64,000 nucleotides of DNA from Balamuthia mandrillaris (lineage: Eukaryota). Both the position numbers and the translations under genes were made by a program. Each line of letters opens with the position of its first letter. Position 1 is the stretch's first letter. Below the pieces are notes generated by a model. It was not told the origin of the DNA, ran no database searches, and saw only the letters and a program-made list of their open reading frames with translations. Positions 1 through 9,832 of the stretch are shown one piece after another. Location: assembly GCA_031835245.2 (NCBI GenBank), contig JAVKOQ020000086.1, positions 62,001 to 126,000 of the forward strand, read 5' to 3'.

Positions 1-19
1 ACGTTGTGTCTGTTGTAAG

Positions 20-1619
20 ACTACTACTATGCCAGATTCAACAAGAAGGTGCCGCAGTACCGATACACTCCTCAAGAGTACGACCTCTATTTTAAGTGTA
101 TGTACTTCCGCTTACTTCCTTGTAGCTTGGTGAAGCTCATGTTTGCTCTTTTCATCTGTCTTCTCTCGCCTCTCTCTCTCTCTCTCTCATATTCACAAAA
201 CTGCAGCGGATGACTGGACAAAAGAGGAGACAGACATGCTGTTAGACTTGTGCGAGCGCTTCGATCAGCGGTTCATCGTCATCGCAGACCGTTTTCCCGA
301 GTTTAAAAAGAATGACGAGAAAACAGAAGCGGCGAAACAGAAGACCAGCGAAGAGGCAAACACCCGAAAGGAAATGGAGGAAGAGAAAGAGGAAGAGGAA
401 AATGAAAACGAGGAAGGCAGGAACGCAAGCACTAGGTCAACTGGTCGCAGCGTCGAGGACCTCAAAGCTCGTTATTACACGGTGCAAAAAAAGCTGGTAG
501 AGTTGCGGCTGGCAGGCAAGCCAGAGCTCAATGAACATCCTCTCCTGAAGCTCCCTTATGACAAAGACCATGAGGTCAAGAGAAAGCAGCAATATGAGCG
601 TCTGCACGCGCGTACAAAAGAGCAAGTGGCTGAGGAGGAGAGCCTTGCCGAAGCTTGCAAGCTCATTGAAAAGTATCGCAGCAAGGATGCTAAAGGCAAG
701 GAGGAGGTACAAAAGCTTGCCAACTCGGTTTTATTGGGCATTCCTCTGCCTTCGGTACTATCCACTCTTACTTTCTTTTCACATCGACTTGTCTCTAATT
801 TTTTCTTGTTCTTGTTCCTTCAAAAATACAGCAAAAGAAATCACGACGGTCTTCTCTTGGGTCCACACAACGAGCTGGTGTATCTTTGGCATCACGCTCT
901 GCGAATTCGTTGACCGTCAGCACGCGCACTGCCCATAAAGTTGATCTCATTCTAAAGGAGCTTGACATTGGTACTTCCCTTCCTCCCTTCCCTCCCTCCC
1001 TTCCCTCTGTGATAACCATCTCACACGCGATCTCCCAACAGAACAACAACCGCTACCAACATTAGCTGTGTGTGAAGCGTTTAATCAACTGCGACAGGAT
1101 ATAGTTGTATTGATAGACTTACAGAAGCACATGCAACGCAAAGAGTACGAGTGGCGTTTGCTGCAGGAGCAGAAGAAACAACTATCAGAGCAGGTTGGTT
1201 TACTTTTTTTTTTAAAAAAAGAAAAACTGTTTTATCGGCTGCTTGTTTGACTCTTTCTCTGTTCGCTCTTGTAGAAACAAAAGGTTGCGGCTATAGCAAA
1301 AGAGCAGCTTCCACCGCGCGAGTATGCCAAGTTGGAGGCAATGTTGTCAGCTCAGCAGAACGGCAACGGCCTCCATCGTCAAGACAAAGAGAGAGGCCAA
1401 CAACGGCGAAAGAGAAGGGTGGCTGATGGCTCACCCGCTCCAGAGCGAAGCAGAAAGAGACAAACAAAAGAAGATGACCACAAAGGAAAGGCTAAAGCGG
1501 AACAAGTGGATAACGATGCTATCGATGACAACAAACTTCAACGAAAACAGGAAGCGATGGATGAAGCAGAGAAGTCGCCGCGAAAGGGCAAAGACGAGGA
1601 TGCGGAAGCAAATATGTAA
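20..1619 (+). CDS. DMAP1: DNA methyltransferase 1-associated protein 1 / SWC4 (NuA4-SWR1 subunit), 5'-partial, multi-exon
   Basis: Spliced peptides YYYARFNKKV...YTPQEY, SANT-like DDWTKEETDMLLDLCERFDQRFIVIADRF...RSVEDLKARYY, and AVCEAFNQLRQDIVVLIDLQK; GT-AG introns (e.g. 98-207); stop at 1617-1619. Confidence 0.92.
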
Positions 1620-1660
1620 ATATCGATTTAGTACAACGAACACGAAGAAAGAGAGATAAG

Positions 1661-2862
1661 TTATTGCCAGTAAGCAGACCAACGCTTGAGAGCATCTACT
1701 TCTTCCGCGGATAGTTCGGGATGCCACAGGTCCACTATCAGAACTATCCTGTAGCCCTCTCCCTGATGCCGCACTTGATGCTCGAAGCTATCATCGAATA
1801 GAATGCACTGCCCTTCCTTCCAGCTGCGCGCCTCTCCAGCCACCTCCACGTAACAGTCTTTGGGTGGCACCACCAAACCCAAATGTGCTCTTAGCCTCAA
1901 GTTTGCTGGTCCATAGTGCTGCATTGAGAGAGAGTGAGAGGATGGGAGAATGAGAGAACGCTTCCAAAAGAACAAGGAGGTAAAGAACATACAGGACGAA
2001 TCCAAGCACCAGGCTCCAACAGGGAAAAGTATACATGGCTAAAGCGGATGGAACAGAGAGTGTTTTGTTTTTTTAAAAAAAGAAGCACAGTGGTCAACTA
2101 AAGCAAGGTAAGCGACTGCAAACAAACAAACCATTGGGGAAAGCCATCCATGAGAGCAGGTCGCAGGGACTCCACCACAGCAACCGTTTTGGGGCATTTT
2201 GCACAATTTGGTTCTATCCGCTCACCATCTTTCCACAACCAGAAACAACCCCACTTGTGTTTCTTTTACGAGGTCAGCTGGATGCACAAGGGCATGGGAG
2301 GAAGGAGGAGGAGGAGAGTACTAACAAGATAGGAGGGCCGCACGAAAGGATCCTTCAACGTGCCATCGTCTCTCTGTGCCTGGCGCCGCTGCAAATAGGC
2401 CATGGTCGGTTCTTCTTCCTCTTCCTTGCCCTTCCTATCGAGACCCTCCCCTTGCTCCTCCATTTCCCTCACAACGGCCATGCACTCCTCCTTGATCTCC
2501 TCATAGGCGCCCTCAAGCGCTTTGACCGGCCCTTCCAGCTCCTCCCTCTCCCACCAAGGTTTGGCCTTGAGTCCTGGGAACAACAGGTAGGAGGGCTGCT
2601 GCTGGGGGTGTTTCCCCTGCGGCGGGGTCTTGCGGCAGGCCAACATGCGAATGCATGCCTTGAGCCGCTCCGGATAGCTTTCTTCCAGCCGGAACATTTC
2701 GTTTCGCCTTCTGTTTGCTGCTTTCTCAGTAATGTATCTCTTGTCCTCTCTCCTGTACATGCTCCTATCCTTGCTCATGTCCTCTCCCGTGTCCTGGCTC
2801 ATGTCCTCTCCCGTGTCCTTGCTCATGTCCTCTCTCGGGACCACTCTCTTCTCTGCTCTCAT
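1661..2862 (-). CDS. Aspartyl/asparaginyl beta-hydroxylase family 2OG-Fe(II) oxygenase, multi-exon; start codon uncertain (2862 or downstream near 2697)
   Basis: Motifs FPGLKAKPWW, WGCFWLWKDG...[66 protein letters not shown]. Confidence 0.88.
2769..2840. repeat. 24-bp tandem repeat x3 (CCTTGCTCATGTCCTCTCCCGTGT), built from 12-bp subunits
   Basis: Directly visible; a related repeat lies at 58105-58270 in the opposite orientation. Confidence 0.85.
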
Positions 2863-2944
2863 GTCCTTTCATAGTTTTTCTCTTCTCGCGTTACTTACCA
2901 ACGGAACCTTATTTTTTTTTTCTTGTTGTTTTTTTTTTGTTATG

Positions 2945-4588
2945 TTACAGCAAGGCAAAGCCATGGCCGGAGAGTGAGCTGACCGACCAGGCGTCAAAGT
3001 AGTAAGACCAGCTGAAGAACACGAACAGCAAAATCCATATAAAGAGACTGGCATCCTCCAGGAAGGCGACCACACGACCGGCCTTTGACAAACGAGGCTC
3101 CTCCATTTCTTTGGCCGACCAGGAAGGCCATAACTCTACCGTCCCTTCCTCCTCCTCGGCTTCTTCTTCTTCATCTTCTATACTTTCGGTTGCGTTCATG
3201 ATCGTTTCATTCTGGCTCGACTGTTCACCAAGTTGATCGTTCAACGGAGAAGAATACACCGAAAGTAACAAAGCGCTCAACTCCATCGATGTTTGTTGTT
3301 TGTTCTGTAGGTTGTCGGTCTTCATGTATCTTAATTGAAGCATAACTTTGGCTCTCTTGTTGTTACCTCCTCTTCCCCGTTGCAAAACTGGAACAGAAGT
3401 CGCCATCCGCGCTGCTTCCTCCACACTCGCAAACGAAGATGAAGAACGAACAGAAGGATAAGAACGTTTCGATCGCTCTGTCAGTTGAGAGAGAGATACG
3501 GCATGTAATTGAGTTGTTGGTTCTAAGGCAATGGTGCCTTCTTTCGTTGATGAAGACGAGGATGCAAGTTTGAAGACCTGAAGGTTTTGAAGCGAGTCTT
3601 TGAGGTCCCCTCCCAGTGACGATGACAATGGTAATAGAGCGTCCTGCAATAACTCCAAAACATCTTCTTTGTGGTTATCCTTCATCGAAGATGTCAGAGG
3701 CAAGTAATACGTTTCATCCTTTGTTTGTTCCTTGTTTTCCTCCTTTAAGCGAATGACATTCCACACTTCTCCTTCCTCTTTTTCTTCTTCTTCTCCCTTT
3801 CTCTGTCTCTCCTCTTCGTCGCGTTCTGTTGATCGCGTTGTGCTTTGTTTGATGTGAAGACGGTCATTCTGCTTGCTCAACGCAGATAGTTCCACGTAAA
3901 CAATTCGCTTCTTTTTGCCTCTGCTCGCTCTTCTCCCATTCAAAAAAGCAGCTGACGATGACGGAGTGGAAGAGACCTGCTTTTGTGGTTGTTGTTCTCG
4001 TTTATGTTTCTGGGAGGCTAGGTGATCATCACCGGTTAAGCGGAGGTGCAACAAAAGACCATGAGCACTTGCCAACTTGCCAAAGCGCATGGTTCTGCAT
4101 CTCTTTCGGCGAAGTAAACTCAGCAGAGATTCCTTTTCTTCGTCCTTGGACATAAGGGCGCTCCAGGTTTCCCATTTCATATCACTTTTCTTGGCTGCTG
4201 CATTCCTCTTCTTTTGTTCTGCCTCTTGGTCTTCCGCTTCGTCTTTTTCAGGTCCGTAGTACAGTTCGATGCGAGCAATAGGAAGGTGCATCGACCGTGA
4301 AAGGCGATACTTGAAAGTGGCCACGCTCTCTTCCTCCTCCAAGAAATAAGGAGCTAAATAGGAGCAACTCTCCTTCTGTGGGTTGCTCGTTGTTAGCAAT
4401 GCTGCTTCGGTGAAGTTCAGCAACACGAAGGAAGAGGGCAGCTGCGAGGCAGAAGATGAAGCTGGAAGCACGTGCACCAGCTTGATGCCACAAAGCGAGG
4501 ACAGCGCTTTCGCCAAAGAGGGCAGCAACAAAACTCCTCCCAGGCCAACAGGCGCATGCCCTCCAGGTACAAGGCATTGGCTTTGCAT
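2945..4588 (-). CDS. Hypothetical protein, 547 aa, possible ubiquitin-like segment and C-terminal transmembrane helix
   Basis: Long open frame; ESVATFKYRLSRSMHLPIARIELYY resembles a UBL helix/strand; hydrophobic SLFIWILLFVFFSWSYYF near the C-terminus. Confidence 0.6.
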   Translation of the reverse strand: MQSQCLVPGGHAPVGLGGVLLLPSLAKALSSLCGIKLVHVLPASSSASQLPSSFVLLNFTEAALLTTSNPQKESCSYLAPYFLEEEESVATFKYRLSRSMHLPIARIELYYGPEKDEAEDQEAEQKKRNAAAKKSDMKWETWSALMSKDEEKESLLSLLRRKRCRTMRFGKLASAHGLLLHLRLTGDDHLASQKHKREQQPQKQVSSTPSSSAAFLNGRRASRGKKKRIVYVELSALSKQNDRLHIKQSTTRSTERDEEERQRKGEEEEKEEGEVWNVIRLKEENKEQTKDETYYLPLTSSMKDNHKEDVLELLQDALLPLSSSLGGDLKDSLQNLQVFKLASSSSSTKEGTIALEPTTQLHAVSLSQLTERSKRSYPSVRSSSSFASVEEAARMATSVPVLQRGRGGNNKRAKVMLQLRYMKTDNLQNKQQTSMELSALLLSVYSSPLNDQLGEQSSQNETIMNATESIEDEEEEAEEEEGTVELWPSWSAKEMEEPRLSKAGRVVAFLEDASLFIWILLFVFFSWSYYFDAWSVSSLSGHGFALL

Positions 4589-4824
4589 TCTATATCAGCC
4601 GCTTGCCGTTCCACCCGTTGGAGCCTCTGCTCCATTGCTGCTTCCTCTCCTTTTGTCATTCTTGTCTTCTGGTACTATTCCATTCATTAACAAATTTCCT
4701 TTTATGGTTGTTCTGACGTCACATAATTACTGTAAAAGGATATTTGTTGCGACATATAATATTAGGTTGATGCTTCTGCTCATAGGATTTTTCCATGTCG
4801 ACACGAAGCTGGGACGAAGGGGAA

Positions 4825-5085
4825 ATGAGTGCAGCCGAACGACAGGAGAGGGGGCAGCCGCCGCAGAGAATGGAAGGAAGGAGAGGCGATCCCTTGGCGA
4901 GCCAAGAGTACGCGGTGTTGGCAGCAGCCCTGTCACGGCTGGAGACGCAGAGCGCCCGGTTGGCGGGCAACGCGGCCACCCTTCAGGCGCGTAACCAGGA
5001 GATCTGCCAGCTGAGCTCCGACTTCACCGTCCTCCTCAACAACTTCAACGCTCTTCGCCGTCACTCCGAAGAAGCCTACACCTGA
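4825..5085 (+). CDS. Small helical/coiled-coil protein (86 aa), possibly DASH Dad4-like
   Basis: ATG after an A run, GC-rich codons, heptad pattern, divergent from the 4588 gene across a motif-rich spacer. Confidence 0.6.
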   Translation: MSAAERQERGQPPQRMEGRRGDPLASQEYAVLAAALSRLETQSARLAGNAATLQARNQEICQLSSDFTVLLNNFNALRRHSEEAYT

Positions 5086-5224
5086 GCCCCCAAGAGAAGA
5101 GTGACAAGGATCCTCAACAAAGCCTCCCTGGTGCACCCAGCTATTTATTTGTTATGTACATAATTGCTCGTTAGAAATAGACAAAACAATTTAAAAAGAA
5201 AGAAACAAAGAAAGAAGAGAGAGA

Positions 5225-5440
5225 ATGGACGAGAAGGAGAAGTTGTTGAAGGCAAAAGGGTTGGTGAAGGACGGGATAGCCTCCACCCACTCCATCCTGG
5301 AGCAACTGGCGGAGCAGCTCCACCAGGCCAACGACATCGAGGAGATCGTGAGGATTGGCAAGGCCGTCCGTGGGGCTCGCAACACGCTGTTGGATGACAT
5401 GCAAGCCCAAGCCCAACGGTTTGGACAACCCAAAAACTAA
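5225..5440 (+). CDS. Small helical/coiled-coil protein (71 aa), possibly DASH Dad1-like
   Basis: GC-rich coding island between A-rich and T-rich flanks; LVKDGIASTHSILEQL...IEEIVRIGKAV. Confidence 0.65.
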   Translation: MDEKEKLLKAKGLVKDGIASTHSILEQLAEQLHQANDIEEIVRIGKAVRGARNTLLDDMQAQAQRFGQPKN

Positions 5441-5840
5441 ACAACAATTGCTTCTCTCTTCTTTCTTTCTTTCTTTCTTTCATTCTTGTAACTCGGTTCG
5501 CCCTAAAAGTATTAGCGTCGCATATTTCTTCTTCAGACTCTCCACAAAAATTTTACAAACAACACCATTTCTTATTTTCTCCGAAAAGGACCACCACCAC
5601 CACCCATGTTTCTACTATTAGCCCTGGTGTACCGGCAACAGCAAACAAAAACGGACAGCTTCGCTCTTTTTTTTCTGGGGCCGCTGCGCCGAAACTTCAA
5701 AGGAAGGGCCGGCCAACCTCCCTCTTACTCCTTTCAAAACAGCCCAACTTCCTTCTTCCAAACCGCACACGAAAATTCGTGCAATGTCTGATTTCTCATT
5801 GGTTTAGATCAAATTTTGTCCGACGTGGCATGCCTCCATT

Positions 5841-6080
5841 GGACGATCTGGCTCTATATCTTGGCTGCATCCTCTGGAATTCCCCTCGATTCGAGCGGAC
5901 AGGCGACAGCCAGGGTGCGTGCTATCGGGCTCTTGTTGGGAGGGAGGCGTGGAGCAGGCCTTTTACAAAGGTGGGGGCTTCCCCGCCACCCACTCAACAA
6001 CATGATTGGCAACCTACGAACTATCCCACGAATTCGGGCTGAATAGACGGGAAGCATCGGAGAGCCCAGGTCCTATTTTT
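5841..6080 (+). ncRNA. Candidate structured non-coding RNA of unknown class
   Basis: GC-rich intergenic island; complementary 5' and 3' ends, nested internal stems, ends in TTTTT. Confidence 0.3.
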
Positions 6081-6330
6081 CAAAAAAAGGGAATCCACTT
6101 TCACCATTCAAATAGAACAAGCCTTCTTGCTTTCTTTTTCCGTTTCATCCTGTGCAAACAACAACAGAAAAGAAGAGTAGGCAGCCACCCACCACACACA
6201 GCCGTAACTGACTGACTGACACTAACTGACGAAGGTGAGTTAAACCGTATACATAGGGAAAGAAAGCTGGAAAAACTTACCCTCTATCTACATAGAAAAA
6301 AACACAGCTGCAAAACAACAACAGAACGAA

Positions 6331-6816
6331 ATGCAACGCAACTTCTTTTTGGCAACCATTGTCGTGCTCTTCACCTCCTCGCTCCTGTGGTCAGGAATCA
6401 ACGCCCAGACCTGCCCTGCCGGCCAAACACGTGACTGCCTGGGCCTCTGCGGCGGCTGTATAGAGACGGACTGCTTTGGCGTCTGTGGCGGCTATGCTGT
6501 GGAGGACTGTGCCGGCCAGTGCAATGGTAACGCTCAGGTGGACTGCAATGGGGAGTGCAACGGCTCTGCAGTAGAGGACTGCATGGGCGTCTGCGGAGGT
6601 GATGCCAAGCTTGACTGCATGGGCGTCTGCAACGGCGACACCGAGGAGGACTGTCTGGGCATCTGTGGAGGCTCTGACTTTAGCTGCAGGGACGGAGGAG
6701 AGGATGGCGCCAGCGAGGATGGTGGCAACGATGATGGTGGTGATGTGACTCAAGGCAGCGCTGCTGGACTTGGTGACTCTTCTATTTCCATGATGCTTCT
6801 CCGCTTCTCTTTGTAA
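6331..6816 (+). CDS. Secreted cysteine-rich repeat protein (DCxGxCxG repeats)
   Basis: Signal peptide MQRNFFLATIVVLFTSSLLWSGINA; about 7 repeats, mostly 13 aa; acidic Gly-rich tail; probable 5'UTR intron (GTGAGT at 6235). Confidence 0.85.
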   Translation: MQRNFFLATIVVLFTSSLLWSGINAQTCPAGQTRDCLGLCGGCIETDCFGVCGGYAVEDCAGQCNGNAQVDCNGECNGSAVEDCMGVCGGDAKLDCMGVCNGDTEEDCLGICGGSDFSCRDGGEDGASEDGGNDDGGDVTQGSAAGLGDSSISMMLLRFSL

Positions 6817-7048
6817 GAAAAAAAACTGAAAGGAAAGGAAGATTTTTTTAGAGAAACAAATTGTTTTTGGAAAGGAGAAGCAAAAGGAGGGAAAAGTGAT
6901 ACTTATTTCTTCGTTGCTTCTTCCTTTCACAGTTTTGACTATGTTTATTGTTTTTGAAACTAAAGAGAGAAAAAGAGGATTGTAAATAAAATCCACCAAA
7001 CTTGGAAAACAAACACAAAGAAAGAACAAAGCATAAGTACCTTCTTTT

Positions 7049-9422
7049 TCATAACTCTCCTTTGTCCAATTCCCAGTGTCCAGCTACTTTTCTACCGTAG
7101 TTACGTCCAACGCGTTGATTTCTACCTCTGCTACTACCACTCTTCTTCATTCCTTCCTCTTTCGTCCATCCTCTGCTTTCTTCTATCGTCAGTTGCTTTG
7201 GCTCTGTTCTCTGTCTTCTCTTTGCTTCTGCTGTTCCATCTTCTTCGCGTTCCGGGAGAGCTCCATGCCACTCGAGTTTTACAATGGGAACGGGCCAATC
7301 TTTGCCCAAGTAAAAGTTTAGCCTTTGGCTCTCGTTGGCAGTGATGGTAGAGGGTTGTCGAACTAAGCGGAGGGGCAGTTCCGCTAGTTCGGGGCACCAG
7401 TGCTTGACGTAGTCTCCATCCTTGTCGTATACTGTTTGTTGCTTAAGAATGTTGAAATAGCGGTCCTGTCGAGGATCTATGATGCCTGCTGCATACAACC
7501 AATTGCCATAGTTTGATGCCTTTTGTTTGTGTTGTTAGAGCAAAGTTTTGAAAAGAGGTTGTGGAGGGGACAAATCAAACCGGATCATAGTCTAATAGAA
7601 GAGATTCAAAGTATTCAGCACCCATTCGCCAGTCAATGTTGAGATCCTTGGCCAAAAAGGAGGCTACATTCTGCCTACCTCTATTGCTCATAAAACCCGA
7701 AACATTAAGTTCTCTCATGTTTGCATCAATGAACGGAATGCCCGTTCCTGAAACAGAGAAGCAAGCAAGGGAGAAATTAGTTTGTGACTCATTAACTCCA
7801 ACACAAGAACACATTAAAGGTGAAAGCAAAAGCTTACTTCCTTCAGCCCACCGATTAAACAGCTCTCTATCTTGCGACCAGTTAGGATGTTGAGGGCTTT
7901 GACCCTGTGGTCCGTACTTGTGGAACAACGTGTTGCCATGCTTCAGTGCAAAACAAACGAAAAAGTCTCTCCATAAAAGTTCTGAGCAATTTGAAAAAAA
8001 TGAATGAATTTGAAAAAATTAGGGTCACCTCAGAGCGCTTTGTTAGAGCAGAGAAAGAAAGAAAGAGAGAGAGAGAGGGAGAGAGAGAGAGGGAGAGAGA
8101 GATACCAAATAACAGCCAATAGGTACTGTCGTTCTTCACTCTCTCTTCTTCGTAACGTTTTACTTGTTGGTAGACGTAGCGAGGGCTGAGGCAGCCATGT
8201 GCCAACCATGGTGAGAATTTAGAGGAGTAGTCTGCCCCCAACAAACCGTTTCTGGTTTCTTTGTACGTTCGAAGGCAATCTTTGTCCCAAATATAGCTCT
8301 GCACTCTGTCTAAAGCCTCTTGTTCGCCTCCCTTTTGTTGCCAACGTTTTGTCAGTCTATGAAGCAAAAAAGAAGAAAACGAAGAAAAAGGAGAAGAAGA
8401 AGAACAAGAACAAGAACAAGAAGAAGAAGAAGAAGAAGAAGAAGAAGAAGAAGAAGAACAAGAAGAAGAAGAACAAGAACATAGAAAGAACCAAGTATGA
8501 GCAATGAACGTTAAACTGAACAACAAGTACCTTGAATGGAAGAACAGGACGAGGAGAAGACTCGGCTGTTGTCGTGGTTGTTGCTCCATGACTGTAGTCT
8601 TGGCCCAACAAAGCCTCCAGAGAAGGAAGTTCACCCGCGTCCAAACCTTTCTCTTGAAGGAAGCTCTTTGCATGAAAGCTCACGCGAGGAGAAGGTCTTG
8701 GCAATGGGGCTGGAAAGACTCGCTGCGAGCCTACACATCGTGCATGCTGTTCTATCGCCTTTCTGAACTGAGTAAACACATCCGGGGCACTCCTCTCCTT
8801 GAAGGGCAGAGCCTCCAACTCCACCATGGTTCCTCCATGCTGCAAATGGAGCTGACAAACAGCCGGGGTTCTTTCGTTTCCTGCTAGCCCTTCTTTCTTT
8901 TGTGGAGGAGCAGGAAGGACATGAGGCGAGTGAAGAGCAGCGGCGAGACGCCGTTCTACTTCTGTTTCCTCGGAGCAGATGCCGCGGTGGGCGTAGAGCG
9001 CTGAGGCCTCGCACTGGCGAGCCAACTCTGGCAACACCGCCTCGGGATGGCCCGTGCGAAGGACCAGCACCGCGTCCGTCAAGGTCTTGGCGATGGAGTC
9101 CTGCAAAGCGTTCACGCTTTCCAGCAGGAAGCGAGCGCGATGAGGACCTGCTTTGGCGAAGCCGAACGTGTAGGTTCCGCCTGTGACTTGTCTTGGATCT
9201 AACACAAAACCTGTTTTTGCGGTACGAATGTCACCACAAAGGGTCAGCGTTGTTGAAGAAGTAGGAGCAAGAGCAGCAGCAGCAGCAGCAGCAGAAGAAG
9301 AAGAACAAGAAGAGAACCGTACAAGGTACAACGCGGTGGTGGTTCTGAAGAGCGGCAAGCAGAGGGCGGTGGTCGTGTAGGCGCAGGTCAAAATGTCTAA
9401 ACCACACGATAGCGGTCGTCAT
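7049..9422 (-). CDS. Cryptochrome DASH, multi-exon
   Basis: [103 protein letters not shown] are CRY-DASH hallmarks. Confidence 0.95.
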
Positions 9423-9832
9423 TTTTTGTTAACTTGTAGCAACGCTTCAAGTTTCGTTCGTTTGCCAGTAATAGAGGGTCCTTCAAAAACCAACACAGGA
9501 AGGAAGGGAAAGAAGGAAGGGTGGCATGCCCCTCTTCCCACCCCACCCATTGCTTGCGCTTGCTTTACCTCTTCATGACGCGTTCCTTTGAACTTCCTCT
9601 TCCTTTCTTGCCTCCTTATTTTTGTCGACACCAATACGAAACCACTTTGTGCATCTATTGATCAATTTTTGTGCACAAGATGACTTTGGATTTTTGGGGA
9701 CCCCGATGACAAAAGTTGCACATTTTGTGCAGTATTTGTTGACATGTGCCGTTTGGCGAAACAACAGAGAAAATGGAAATGATGATGATCCCAATGTTTT
9801 CGGCTTTTTTGCTTAGCTTGCTTTCGTTGTTG

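Noticed and set aside
2769..2840. CRISPR-like array (also 58105-58270)
   Set aside because: Contiguous tandem units with no unique spacers, no cas genes, eukaryotic context
4417..4659. Overlapping upstream ORF MTKGEEAAMEQRL... as a separate gene
   Set aside because: Only the first half looks protein-like; it cannot be distinguished from a frameshifted N-terminus of 2945-4588 or from chance
5955..5972. U5 snRNA loop I (GCCTTTTAC)
   Set aside because: Flanks do not form the U5 stem; RNase P/MRP, SRP, HDV-ribozyme and telomerase-template motifs in this island also failed on inspection
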